The notes: generated by a model from the sequence alone, not told the origin. Counted from the stretch's first letter, positions 18,653 to 28,755 are shown. The stretch is DNA of 39,250 bases from Prevotella sp. (GCA_031285625.1 JAITVV010000022.1:1-39250); one strand, 5' to 3'. Numbers and translations are program-made.

Positions 18653-19210
18653 CTACTTTACAACTTCTTTTCTATAGATGATCGTCTCTGCAGGTACATC
18701 ATATATTTCCATAACGGGGCTATCTTTATAACCATTCTTTTCTACAAAATCGGTCATGGCGGGATATATTTTCATAATGCCGACAAAAGTAGATACCATT
18801 CCTTTATTGGGAAATTTTGTTTCAATATAGTTAGTCCTAGGTAATATTTTAATTTTAAAACGCCCGGATAGTTGCGCCATCTTCAAGCTGTCCAAAGCTC
18901 CATCGAGCATACAACCAATTTCGGATCTTAATTTACTCTTTTCTACATGTTGCGGATTGTCATAATACAGACCTGCACCTTTAGTAGTCTCAATATTGAA
19001 ATTATTGATCAGGGCATAGTAAATACTATCCATCACTACCGGACTCTGACTGTAATCACCTGTTACATTCTCATAAACAAATATCTCCCCTCCATCTTCC
19101 CTGATATCAAAGGTAATGGTTCTAAATCCTCCATAATATGCATAAATGGAAGCCAGGATAATAATCAAGCCAATAACTACAGCCAACAATACTTTAATAA
19201 TTTTCTTCAT
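18653..19210 (-). CDS. GyrI-like small-molecule-binding domain protein with an N-terminal membrane anchor
   Basis: GDY, GLYYDNP...LRSEIGC and MEIYD motifs. Confidence 0.75.
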   Translation of the reverse strand: MKKIIKVLLAVVIGLIIILASIYAYYGGFRTITFDIREDGGEIFVYENVTGDYSQSPVVMDSIYYALINNFNIETTKGAGLYYDNPQHVEKSKLRSEIGCMLDGALDSLKMAQLSGRFKIKILPRTNYIETKFPNKGMVSTFVGIMKIYPAMTDFVEKNGYKDSPVMEIYDVPAETIIYRKEVVK

Positions 19211-19329
19211 ATATCTTTAGCTAAAAAAGTGACAAAAGTAACAGCTTTTAGACTATTTATTCAATGTTACTTTTATCTTATTGAACAAATCCAGATCTAT
19301 AATAAGACAATTTTCCGTTCTAAAGATAC

Positions 19330-19363
19330 AAAAAACGCCTTAGTTTAAAAGCTAAGGCGTTTT
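19330..19363 (-). terminator. Intrinsic terminator of aspS
   Basis: AAAACGCCTTAG/CTAAGGCGTTTT 12-bp stem; A run on + gives a U tail on -. Confidence 0.85.
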
Positions 19364-19383
19364 GAATATTATAATCACAAAGT

Positions 19384-21138
19384 TTATTCTTTTACTTCCA
19401 CTTTCAGATTCAATTCTTCCAATTGGGCTGGATCAAGTGCTGCAGGAGCATCCACCATTACATCGCGTCCCGAATTATTTTTAGGGAATGCAATACAATC
19501 ACGAATACTATCAAGGCCGGCAAAAAGTGACACTAAACGATCAAGGCCGAATGCCAAACCTGCATGAGGAGGCGCCCCATATTTGAAAGCATTCATCAAA
19601 AAGCCAAACTGGGCCTGTGCTTTTTCTTCCGTAAAACCAAGTGTATGAAACATCTTATTTTGCAACTGGCTATTATAAATACGAAGGGAGCCCCCTCCTA
19701 CTTCCACACCGTTGATTACCATATCATATGCATTTGCACGTACAGCACCCGGATCGGTATCCAGTAATGCAATATCTTCTTCCTTAGGGCTGGTAAACGG
19801 ATGGTGTTTTGCAAAATAACGACCTAACTCTTCATCTTTCTCTAATAAAGGGAAATCGATTACCCATAAGCAATTAAATTTATCCTTATCGCGTAATCCA
19901 AGTTGTTCTCCCACTTCCAAACGAAGTTCACACAATTGTTTCTGAGCCTTTTCTGTTTCGCCACAAATGATAAGGATAAGGTCACCTGGTTCTGCCTGAC
20001 AACGTTCCGCCCACTTTTTAAGATCATCCTGATTGTAGAATTTATCCACCGATGATTTCAGTGAGCCATCTGCTTCGTAACGAACATAGACTAACCCTTT
20101 CGCTCCTATCTGGGGACGTTTAACATAATCTGTCAATCCATCCAATTGCTTACGAGTATAAGATGCTGCACCTTTAGCACAAATTGCACCTACATACTCT
20201 GACGAATCGAACACTACAAAATCTTTTCCGGTGGTAAGATCTTTTATTTCGACGAACTCCATACCAAAGCGGGTATCAGGTTTATCCGATCCATAATACT
20301 TCATAGCATGAGCATATGTCATACGAGGAAAGTCAGGAATATCAATACCTTTTACAACTTTGAAGAGATGTTTCGTTAATCCTTCAAATACATTTAATAC
20401 ATCTTCCTGATTTACAAAGGACATTTCACAGTCAATTTGGGTAAATTCAGGCTGACGATCTGCCCTTAGGTCTTCGTCTCGAAAACACTTTACAATCTGG
20501 AAATAACGGTCGAAGCCAGAAACCATCAACAATTGCTTAAATAGCTGAGGAGACTGAGGCAAAGCATAGAATTCTCCCGGATTCATACGTGAAGGTACAA
20601 CAAAGTCACGCGCACCTTCCGGTGTAGAACCTACTAATATAGGAGTTTCCACTTCCAGAAACTGGCGTTCATCCAGATAACGGCGTGTTTCAAAAGCGAT
20701 CTTGTGACGAAGTTCCAGATTCTTCCGTACAGCATCACGACGCAAATCCAGATAACGGTATTTCATACGTACATCATCTCCACCGTCTGTATTATCATCA
20801 ATCGTAAACGGAGGGGTTTCTGATGTATTCAGTATGACTAGTTTATTCACAATGATTTCAATATCACCTGTCGACCTGTTCGGGTTTTTATTCGAACGCT
20901 CTTCAACCTTTCCGGTTACCTGCAATACATATTCGCGTCCGATCTTATTCGACTGCTCATACAAATTTGCATTTATGTCTTTACTGAATGATAATTGGGT
21001 AATTCCATAGCGGTCGCGAAGGTCGATAAATGTAACTCCCCCACCAAGTTTACGCACTGCGTGTACCCATCCCGCAAGTGTTACTTCCTTATTTACATTT
21101 GCGATAGTCAATTCTCCGCAAGTATGATTTCTGTACAT
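19384..21138 (-). CDS. aspS: Aspartate--tRNA ligase
   Basis: [50 protein letters not shown] and GAPPHAG.AFGLDR. Confidence 0.99.
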   Translation of the reverse strand: MYRNHTCGELTIANVNKEVTLAGWVHAVRKLGGGVTFIDLRDRYGITQLSFSKDINANLYEQSNKIGREYVLQVTGKVEERSNKNPNRSTGDIEIIVNKLVILNTSETPPFTIDDNTDGGDDVRMKYRYLDLRRDAVRKNLELRHKIAFETRRYLDERQFLEVETPILVGSTPEGARDFVVPSRMNPGEFYALPQSPQLFKQLLMVSGFDRYFQIVKCFRDEDLRADRQPEFTQIDCEMSFVNQEDVLNVFEGLTKHLFKVVKGIDIPDFPRMTYAHAMKYYGSDKPDTRFGMEFVEIKDLTTGKDFVVFDSSEYVGAICAKGAASYTRKQLDGLTDYVKRPQIGAKGLVYVRYEADGSLKSSVDKFYNQDDLKKWAERCQAEPGDLILIICGETEKAQKQLCELRLEVGEQLGLRDKDKFNCLWVIDFPLLEKDEELGRYFAKHHPFTSPKEEDIALLDTDPGAVRANAYDMVINGVEVGGGSLRIYNSQLQNKMFHTLGFTEEKAQAQFGFLMNAFKYGAPPHAGLAFGLDRLVSLFAGLDSIRDCIAFPKNNSGRDVMVDAPAALDPAQLEELNLKVEVKE

Positions 21139-21151
21139 ATTTTATTCCTTA

Positions 21152-21442
21152 TTAATATACTTTCTTTATTACATCAACAGCCAGGCTATCAACCTTACCT
21201 TCTACTGCAGCAACAAAAGCTTTAAAATGAGCACTTTCATTATGCTCATCTATTGCATCTTGTGATTTCCAAACCTCCAAAATGGTATATTTTAACGGAT
21301 TTTTTGTATCCTGATGCAGATCGTAAGAAACATTCCCGGCTTCTTTACGTGTTTCATCCACTACAGTATGGAATACTTTTTCCAGTTCACTCTGAAATGC
21401 AGCTTTTACCACAATAACGGCAACAATTTTTAATTCTGTCAT
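21152..21442 (-). CDS. Putative quinol monooxygenase (ABM domain), cytoplasmic
   Basis: TRKEAGNVSYDLHQD...ILEVWKSQDAIDEH..SAHF; TACTTTTG promoter at 21472-21479 (-). Confidence 0.9.
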   Translation of the reverse strand: MTELKIVAVIVVKAAFQSELEKVFHTVVDETRKEAGNVSYDLHQDTKNPLKYTILEVWKSQDAIDEHNESAHFKAFVAAVEGKVDSLAVDVIKKVY

Positions 21443-21724
21443 AGCCTTACAATTTTATATTATTAAGGATACAAAAGTATAGATTTTTTATTTGTGTTTG
21501 ATAAAAAGTTAAGACGGAAATTCAATATATATGTACTCATAAATAGAACAAATAGCCTATATAATTCAAAAAAGAGGAAGTTGCGACAAATATTATACTT
21601 TTTGAAATGATTGAAACCATGAATATAATCTGTTAAAATTATATTTGCACTTCATCAGTTCGTGCTGCCAACAGCTTTCTTTGTCCTGCATGAAAAACAA
21701 ATTCTAAAATATTATTCTAAAATC

Positions 21725-23965
21725 ATGAAAAAAATTTCACTGCTTTTCATTCTTATTTTAAGTTCATTATTTACAACCAGTGCCCAAACTACAAAACCTC
21801 CACAAGGAAATCATGTATTATGGTATACCAAACCGGCAACCAACTGGATGACCTCAGCCCTACCAGTAGGTAACGGGCGCCTGGGAGCCATGATATTTGG
21901 CGGGGTAAAACAAGACCGTATCCAGTTCAATGATAAAACTTTCTGGACAGGAAGTCCAACGGAAAGAGGTTCATATCAAAACTTTGGAGATATCTATATA
22001 AATTTTCAAGATCAGAGCGATTCACTAAACTATATAAGAGAACTGAATCTGGATAATGCAATCTCGAAAGTCAGCTATAAGTCAGATGGCGTTTCTTTTA
22101 CAAGGGAATATCTTGCAAGCTATCCTGATGATGCAATCGCCATCTATTTGTCTGCTGACAAAAAAGGGAAAGTTAGTTTCACTCTGAACTTAACAGATGC
22201 ACATCAGGGAACTTTCACCATAAAAGATAACACCATAGAGATAGGAGGAAAACCCGATATGCTTTCTTATAAAGCTTATCTGACGATACTAAATGAGGGA
22301 GGAAATATACAAACAGACGGAAAATCAATCACTGTAACCAATGCAAATACGGCTACTATCCTGCTCGTTGCAGGCACAAACTATGATCCGAAAAGTCCCG
22401 ATTACATAACCAAAAGTGACTGGTTAGCAACGTTAGCCAACAAAAATGGAAAAGTTATAAAGAAAGGTTACTCTGCAATAAAAAAAGATCACATAAGCGC
22501 TTATCAGTCTCTATACAACCGCGTTTCATTAAATCTGGAAAATGATAAATCAACCCTGCCAACAAATGAGTTGCTGGCAAATTACAAAAAAGGGATACAC
22601 AGCCCATTTGCAGAAGCTCTTGTTTTCCAGTATGGACGTTACCTTACCATTGCTAGTTCGCGTGACGGTCTTGACCTGCCTTCAAACCTGCAAGGGATAT
22701 GGAATGACAGCAATACTCCCCCATGGCAGAGCGATATTCACTCTAATGTAAATGTGCAAATGAATTATTGGCCAACAGAGGTAACAAACCTCTCTGAGTG
22801 CCACCTGCCTTTTATAAACTATATATACAACGAAGCCATAACTCAGAAATCGTGGAAAGCCATGGCGGCAGAACTCGATTGCAGAGGGTGGACTATGAAA
22901 ACCCAGAGTAATATTTTCGGCTATTCGGATTGGAATTGGAATCGTCCTTCCAACGGATGGTACTGTATGCATATATGGGATAAATATTTATATAATCCAA
23001 ATATGGATTACCTCAGAGATACAGCTTATCCTGTAATGAAATCAGCATGTGAATTTTGGATAGACAGGTTAATCGTGAATGATGATGGTAAATTAGTAGC
23101 TCCTAACGAATGGTCACCTGAGCAAGGTCCCTGGGAAAATGGAGTCGCTTACGCCCAGCAAATTATATGGGACCTGTTTGCTAATACTATAAAGGCAGGG
23201 GAAATATTGGCTACCGACATAGAATTTACAAAATCTCTCAAAGATAAGTTTAATCGTCTGGATAACGGATTAGTTATTGGAGACTGGGGACAGATCCGTG
23301 AATGGAAATACTCGGAGGATGATCCTACTAACCGACACAGGCATGTTTCGCACCTGATCGCCCTATATCCGGGTAAAGCCATTTCTCCCTTGCTGGATGT
23401 TGAATATGCCGATGCCGCCAAAAAGACATTGAATGCCAGGGGTGATGGTGGTACAGGCTGGAGCCGTGTATATAAAATAGCTTTTTGGGCACGCCTATTA
23501 GATGGAGACCATGCTCACAATCTGCTAAAAAGCGCTATGAACCTGACTTATGACACAGGAATGGATTATATGAATGAAGGAGGACTCTACGAAAATATGC
23601 TTGATGCACACCCGCCATTTCAGATCGACGGGAATCTGGGCGTTACTGCCGGTATGTCCGAAATGCTGCTTCAAAGCCATCTGGGCGAATTGCATCTGTT
23701 ACCTGCCTTACCAACAGCATGGAACCAAGGCTCAGTGAAAGGACTAAGGGGAAGGGGTGCATTTGAAGTTGATATAGTATGGAACAACAATAGGTTGGTA
23801 ACATCTACAATAAAATCCGTGCAAGGACATAAGTGTATATTGAGAACAAATACTCCGATAAAGATCACCGGACTCGATATTAATTCCGTAAAAGATGGTA
23901 AAGGCTATTATATAACAACTTTTAATACAGAGGTTAACAAAATATATCAGATAAAATCAGTCTAA
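21725..23965 (+). CDS. Glycoside hydrolase family 95 (alpha-L-fucosidase/L-galactosidase), secreted
   Basis: ALPVGNGRLGAM, QYGRYL, NLQGIWN, NVNVQMNYW, SPE, HRHVSHL and HPPFQIDGN; ATG 21725 opens a signal peptide; TATATTTG promoter at 21640-21647. Confidence 0.93.
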   Translation: MKKISLLFILILSSLFTTSAQTTKPPQGNHVLWYTKPATNWMTSALPVGNGRLGAMIFGGVKQDRIQFNDKTFWTGSPTERGSYQNFGDIYINFQDQSDSLNYIRELNLDNAISKVSYKSDGVSFTREYLASYPDDAIAIYLSADKKGKVSFTLNLTDAHQGTFTIKDNTIEIGGKPDMLSYKAYLTILNEGGNIQTDGKSITVTNANTATILLVAGTNYDPKSPDYITKSDWLATLANKNGKVIKKGYSAIKKDHISAYQSLYNRVSLNLENDKSTLPTNELLANYKKGIHSPFAEALVFQYGRYLTIASSRDGLDLPSNLQGIWNDSNTPPWQSDIHSNVNVQMNYWPTEVTNLSECHLPFINYIYNEAITQKSWKAMAAELDCRGWTMKTQSNIFGYSDWNWNRPSNGWYCMHIWDKYLYNPNMDYLRDTAYPVMKSACEFWIDRLIVNDDGKLVAPNEWSPEQGPWENGVAYAQQIIWDLFANTIKAGEILATDIEFTKSLKDKFNRLDNGLVIGDWGQIREWKYSEDDPTNRHRHVSHLIALYPGKAISPLLDVEYADAAKKTLNARGDGGTGWSRVYKIAFWARLLDGDHAHNLLKSAMNLTYDTGMDYMNEGGLYENMLDAHPPFQIDGNLGVTAGMSEMLLQSHLGELHLLPALPTAWNQGSVKGLRGRGAFEVDIVWNNNRLVTSTIKSVQGHKCILRTNTPIKITGLDINSVKDGKGYYITTFNTEVNKIYQIKSV

Positions 23966-23967
23966 AC

Positions 23968-24001
23968 AAAAGCACCTTACCGATTTGGTAAGGTGCTTTT
24001 T
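23968..24001. terminator. Bidirectional terminator
   Basis: Perfect 14-bp stem AAAAGCACCTTACC/GGTAAGGTGCTTTT between convergent genes. Confidence 0.9.
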
Positions 24002-24016
24002 ATTTAAAAATTATAA

Positions 24017-24427
24017 TTAATATACCAATTTCATAACACTAACTTCAGACTTAACGATCATATCTTTTGATGCTTCTTTAAAAGCCTTGTAGTGCTCCGT
24101 ATTATTGTGAAAATCAATCGCAGCCTGCGATTTCCATTCTTCTAGCATAATAAACTTTGTAGGGTCACTAATATCCTGATGTAAATTATAGAAGATACAT
24201 CCATCTTCTTCCTGGCTACCTTGCACTAATGGCTGAAAAACAGATAATATATCTTCTACCGCTTCCGGTTTTACAGTCATAATTGCCACGATCTTCAATT
24301 CATCGCCTGTTCTTTCTTCTACCATGTCATTTTTTATTACTATTGTATTATCCGTATTTTGAGTTTTAGGATTACAACCTGCCATAAATAATAAAGCACA
24401 TAAAATAGCGAATACAATTTTTTTCAT
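24017..24427 (-). CDS. Putative quinol monooxygenase (ABM domain) lipoprotein
   Basis: Lipobox MAG-C; EEDGCIFYNLHQD...MLEEWKSQAAIDFH..TEHY. Confidence 0.85.
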   Translation of the reverse strand: MKKIVFAILCALLFMAGCNPKTQNTDNTIVIKNDMVEERTGDELKIVAIMTVKPEAVEDILSVFQPLVQGSQEEDGCIFYNLHQDISDPTKFIMLEEWKSQAAIDFHNNTEHYKAFKEASKDMIVKSEVSVMKLVY

Positions 24428-24453
24428 AAATGTTTTTGTTTAGTTTATATTGG

Positions 24454-24948
24454 TTATTTTTTCAATCCTTTTATAAATTCTATATCCGAACTTTTCATAA
24501 ATCTCTTAGGCAAGATCTGGGGAGCTTTGCCTTGCCATATATAAAAAGTATGTTTTGTTTCGATTATCCGGCCTACACTATTTAATAAAAAAGTGATATC
24601 TTTTGTCTCTGTCCTTATCGTTATATCTTTATTACTAATCTGAAAAGTACGCTTATCCAGCAGTCCATATTTTTTAGCTGTATGCAACAAAAGAAAATAT
24701 ATAATAACAGGTAGTATAAAGACCAATATTATAAATCCGATTATTAACGGATCCAACCCTACAAAAAATGATGAAAGAAAAGGATTATCGGGTATAAAGA
24801 TAGTAATGAGAAATCCGAATATAAGAATAGCTCCAATAAACGAAATAAGTAATAAAAAAATACTTCTGCGATAATAGTGGATCAAATATCGTTTAATATC
24901 TGAGTTGTCTAATTTAACATCAACCTTTATGGCCTGTGTCTCTTCCAT
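24454..24948 (-). CDS. YcxB-like membrane protein
   Basis: Two TM helices and C-terminal IIETKHTFYI...ILPKRF; TATATTTG promoter at 24983-24990 (-). Confidence 0.75.
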   Translation of the reverse strand: MEETQAIKVDVKLDNSDIKRYLIHYYRRSIFLLLISFIGAILIFGFLITIFIPDNPFLSSFFVGLDPLIIGFIILVFILPVIIYFLLLHTAKKYGLLDKRTFQISNKDITIRTETKDITFLLNSVGRIIETKHTFYIWQGKAPQILPKRFMKSSDIEFIKGLKK

Positions 24949-25137
24949 TATCTGAACTTTATTATTAGTTGGTTTTAGTTCACAAATATAAATAATGGAA
25001 TCTGTAGCTGATCCGAAAAATCAAAAAATATTATCTTTATTTAAGAAATTCCAATTTTATAATTACCTTCGTCATACAAATACAAAAGACAAACGAAACA
25101 AACTACATAACAAATGTTTAATTAAATTATCAAATCA

Positions 25138-25818
25138 ATGAAAAAGTATTTAGCAGAAATGATCGGGACCATGGTCCTTGTTCTTATGGGATGTGGAGCT
25201 GCAGTATTTGCCGGCGCAGGGCAGCCTTTCGCGTCTGTAGGTACGCTGGGTGTTGCATTCGCTTTCGGTTTATCTGTAGTTGCTATGGCCTATACAATAG
25301 GTAAAATATCGGGATGCCATATCAATCCGGCCATCACTTTAGGTGTATTCTTATCAAAGAGAATGTCAGGAAAAGATGCTGGAATGTATATTATTTTTCA
25401 GGTGATAGGAGCTATCATCGGTTCTGCAATTTTATATGTTTTAGCTAAAGATTCGGGTTCAACCACTACCTTAACCGGAGCAAACGGTTTTGCAGAAGGC
25501 TCTTTAGTAACTGCTTTCATTGCCGAAACAGTGTTTACTTTTATCTTCCTGATGGTAGTTCTCGGTACTACATCAAAAAATGGGGCTGGTAATTTTGCCG
25601 GATTAGCAATTGGTTTATCATTAGTGTTGATCCATATTATATGTATCCCTATTACAGGAACATCTGTAAACCCTGCCCGTAGTATCGGACCAGCTTTGTT
25701 TGATGCGATCGAAGGCGGTAAAGCATTATCCCAGCTATGGTTATTCATCGTTGCTCCTTTCCTAGGTGCTGCTATCGCTGCAGTTGTATGGAAAGTTATC
25801 GATACTGATGAAGCTTAA
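25138..25818 (+). CDS. aqpZ: Aquaporin (MIP family, AqpZ-like)
   Basis: ISGCHINPA and TSVNPARS NPA boxes. Confidence 0.92.
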   Translation: MKKYLAEMIGTMVLVLMGCGAAVFAGAGQPFASVGTLGVAFAFGLSVVAMAYTIGKISGCHINPAITLGVFLSKRMSGKDAGMYIIFQVIGAIIGSAILYVLAKDSGSTTTLTGANGFAEGSLVTAFIAETVFTFIFLMVVLGTTSKNGAGNFAGLAIGLSLVLIHIICIPITGTSVNPARSIGPALFDAIEGGKALSQLWLFIVAPFLGAAIAAVVWKVIDTDEA

Positions 25819-25840
25819 TTAACTTTACAATAGGATATAG

Positions 25841-25872
25841 AGACCTTCATAGAAATATGAGGGTCTTCTTTT
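25841..25872 (+). terminator. Intrinsic terminator of the aquaporin gene
   Basis: AGACCTTCATA-gaaa-TATGAGGGTCT followed by TCTTTT. Confidence 0.75.
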
Positions 25873-26010
25873 GTTAAATAATCTTTCACTTCTTGCTTGT
25901 TTCGTAAAATTGTATTTTATTTGTATCATTAACGCAATATTATTTATAAATATTAAAATTCCATCGCCTATAGAATAGACATTACTCTGAATTTTTAAAT
26001 ATAAGAGATA

Positions 26011-26601
26011 ATGGAAACATTAATAACAATGACTGATGAACAATTGGTCTGCGATTATTCTAATGGCAACAATCTTGCTTTTGATATATTACTGGCACGA
26101 CACAAACAAAGTGTGTTCAACTATATCTATTTCACTGTGCGCAACAGGGAACTGGCCGAAGATATATTTCAGGAAACATTTATAAAGGCTATTGTCACTA
26201 TCAAGCAGGGACGCTATACCGAAACAGGAAAATTCCGTGCTTGGATATCACGCATTGCACATAATCTGATCATAGACCATTTCCGTCAGGAAAAGAATGA
26301 AAATACAGTCTCGAACGATGAAGCCCCTGTTGATCTACTCAACAACCCTACCCTATGTGATGGTACTATAGAAGATGAGTTGGTACGTATGCAAATAACC
26401 TCAGATATACGCAAATTGATTTCTTTCCTTCCTGATAATCAAAGGGAGGTACTGGAAATGCGATATTATCAGGACTTAAGCTTCAAAGAAATAGCTGATC
26501 TTACGAATGTAAGTATAAATACAGCCCTAGGGCGTATGCGTTATGCGATACTGAATATACGCCGCATGGCAGAAGAAAATAACATTGTGCTAACAATGTA
26601 G
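26011..26601 (+). CDS. ECF-type RNA polymerase sigma factor
   Basis: AEDIFQETF, FRAWISRIAHN, LPDNQREV and SFKEIADLTNVSINTALGRMRYA. Confidence 0.95.
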   Translation: METLITMTDEQLVCDYSNGNNLAFDILLARHKQSVFNYIYFTVRNRELAEDIFQETFIKAIVTIKQGRYTETGKFRAWISRIAHNLIIDHFRQEKNENTVSNDEAPVDLLNNPTLCDGTIEDELVRMQITSDIRKLISFLPDNQREVLEMRYYQDLSFKEIADLTNVSINTALGRMRYAILNIRRMAEENNIVLTM

Positions 26602-26637
26602 CAAGTAGTTTTCAATAGTTTTTTAAAAGTTAAGAAA

Positions 26638-26677
26638 AAGGAAGGATGCATTGTGATTTTGCATCCTTTCTTATTTT
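26638..26677. terminator. Probable bidirectional terminator
   Basis: AAGGAAGGATGCA...TGCATCCTTTCTT between convergent genes. Confidence 0.7.
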
Positions 26678-26698
26678 ACTATCTTAAAAAAATTCGGA

Positions 26699-27652
26699 TC
26701 AGAGACTTTCCAGCATCCTTTTAATAATAGTCTGAGCTGATATTTCACGGTTTGCGGCTTCAGGAATCACTATCGATTGAGGACTTTCTATTACATCATC
26801 ACTAACGATCATATTGCGTCGTACAGGTAAGCAATGCATAAAATATGCATTATTTGTCAGTGCCATTTTCTGAGTTGTCACCGTCCACGACATATCTTTA
26901 CTTAGAATCTTACCATAGTTAGGATCCGCATAAGCTGCCCAGTTTTTAGCATAAACAAAATCTGCTCCGGCCAATGCTTTATCCTGATTGTATTCAACTT
27001 TGGCTCCACGTACAAATTTAGGATCCAGATCATAACCTTCAGGATGAGTAATAACAAAGTCAACATCCGCTTCATTCATAAAATCAGCAAATGAATTCGG
27101 TACAGCCTGAGGCAAAGCCTTTGGATGTGGCGCCCAAGTCATTACGACTTTTGGACGCTCAGTTTTTTTGTACTCCTCAATAGTAATGAGATCAGCAAAT
27201 GCCTGTAATGGGTGACCTGTAGCCGCTTCCATACTAAATACCGGTTTTCCGGAATATTTTATAAACTGATTCAGTATCTTTTCCTTATAGTCATCTTCTT
27301 TATTTTCAAATTGAGCAAAAGCACGTACACCAATGATATCACAATAGCTTCCCATAACAGGAATTGCCTCGAGTATGTGCTCCGACTTGTCGCCATCCAT
27401 TATTACTCCACGTTCAGTTTCAAGTTTCCATGCTCCCTGATTGATATCGAGTACCATAGTATTCATACCCAGATTCATTCCGGCCTTCTGTGTACTCAAA
27501 CGGGTACGCAGACTTGAATTGAAAAATACCATCAACAGCGTTTTATTTTCACCTAATCCTTTATAACTATAGCGGTTCTTTTTTATTTCAAGAGCTTCTT
27601 GTACTGCTGTATTTAAATCTCCTAAGTCTTTAACATTAGTGTATGTTCTCAT
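26699..27652 (-). CDS. argF: N-succinylornithine (acetylornithine-family) carbamoyltransferase ArgF'
   Basis: FFNSSLRT, MDGDKSEH, HPLQ, WAPHPKALPQAV and HCLPVRRN match the Bacteroides-type enzyme. Confidence 0.93.
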   Translation of the reverse strand: MRTYTNVKDLGDLNTAVQEALEIKKNRYSYKGLGENKTLLMVFFNSSLRTRLSTQKAGMNLGMNTMVLDINQGAWKLETERGVIMDGDKSEHILEAIPVMGSYCDIIGVRAFAQFENKEDDYKEKILNQFIKYSGKPVFSMEAATGHPLQAFADLITIEEYKKTERPKVVMTWAPHPKALPQAVPNSFADFMNEADVDFVITHPEGYDLDPKFVRGAKVEYNQDKALAGADFVYAKNWAAYADPNYGKILSKDMSWTVTTQKMALTNNAYFMHCLPVRRNMIVSDDVIESPQSIVIPEAANREISAQTIIKRMLESL

Positions 27653-28566
27653 TACAAAAATATTTTTATACGTTTATTTATTGTTATAATAATTACAGAT
27701 AATATGACTGTTAACAAAAATACAAAAGGGAATCTAAATATCGTTTCTTTATCTGCAAAGAATGTGAATTCTCTGATAACTAAAAAATGACAAAAATATA
27801 TAGCAGATCCTAAATGACTGAGATAAGTTGTATAAAATTCCCCGGTTTTATATTTCGGATACTTTATCATTAATAAAATTGCAGATGGAGAACATATTAA
27901 CAAAGATAAATACAGATCGCGACTTTGTGCAGTCATTATATATGTAATGTAAGACTCTACGAATAACCCCACAAGACCTACAAGTAATAACACTACCAGA
28001 TATGACGGCTTTATACTCTTGTCAAGTTTCATCGAGCGGCAACAATAACCTATGGTAATCAGCGGATAACCATAAAACAGCCCGTTACGGATCTCATATA
28101 AGGAAGTAGCTTCAAATTCCATAATGTATCCTATGATATATAACAATATCGCTATTATCAAAAGAACATGATCTTTCTTTAAGATTTTCTTAAGCAGAAC
28201 AAGCATAATAATTCCAAAGATAAGAGCAGGGACATACCATAGATGGAAGAAACCCATAATATAGTAAAATATAACAGCATCTGCTGATATATAATATTTG
28301 AGATATATAATAGCCCAAACTGTATAGATTATTAATAAATGTTTCAGATAACCTAGTATTTCTCTCTTATTACTTACTTTGTTGGCAAAGTAAAAACCAT
28401 TAATAACAAAAAAAGAGGGCACAGCAATGCGGGCAATCGATTCAGATGTAAACCATGAAGCGATATCCGAATCAAACATAGGCCCCATATGTATTACAAC
28501 AACCCAAAAGCTTAAGAAAAACTTATAATAATCAAGAGTTACATTTCTTGCTGCTTTATCTTCCAT
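27652..28566 (-). CDS. Acyltransferase family 3 membrane protein (copy 2)
   Basis: RNVTLDYYK..H, RIAVPSFF..NG, HLWY and SAIYFCH; about 10 TM helices; TAATG overlap with argF'. Confidence 0.85.
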   Translation of the reverse strand: MEDKAARNVTLDYYKFFLSFWVVVIHMGPMFDSDIASWFTSESIARIAVPSFFVINGFYFANKVSNKREILGYLKHLLIIYTVWAIIYLKYYISADAVIFYYIMGFFHLWYVPALIFGIIMLVLLKKILKKDHVLLIIAILLYIIGYIMEFEATSLYEIRNGLFYGYPLITIGYCCRSMKLDKSIKPSYLVVLLLVGLVGLFVESYITYIMTAQSRDLYLSLLICSPSAILLMIKYPKYKTGEFYTTYLSHLGSAIYFCHFLVIREFTFFADKETIFRFPFVFLLTVILSVIIITINKRIKIFL

Positions 28567-28578
28567 ATCAAGGTATGA

Positions 28579-28755
28579 TTATTCGTTTAAGTTTTTTTTA
28601 TCTCTTTTCCTATCATATATTTTTTTATTCTTATGTACATTTGTTTTACGCTTCCATCCGGCCGATTTAGAGAGTTCGTCTTCCCTGTCAGCTTTTTTTA
28701 CGGCTTTAATGTAATCATCAATGGACAGTTTTCTTTTTACTTTTTTAATTTTCAT
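28579..28755 (-). CDS. Small, very basic 58-aa protein (absent from the ORF track)
   Basis: Hand translation gives MKIKKVKRKLSIDDYIKAVKKADREDELSKSAGWKRKTNVHKNKKIYDRKRDKKNLNE*; it fills the gap with 12-nt spacers on both sides. Confidence 0.85.
   Translation of the reverse strand: MKIKKVKRKLSIDDYIKAVKKADREDELSKSAGWKRKTNVHKNKKIYDRKRDKKNLNE

Noticed and set aside
21662-21724. GTG-initiated N-terminal extension of GH95
   Set aside because: ATG at 21725 begins a typical signal peptide (MKKISLLF...SA-Q) with an A-rich upstream context.
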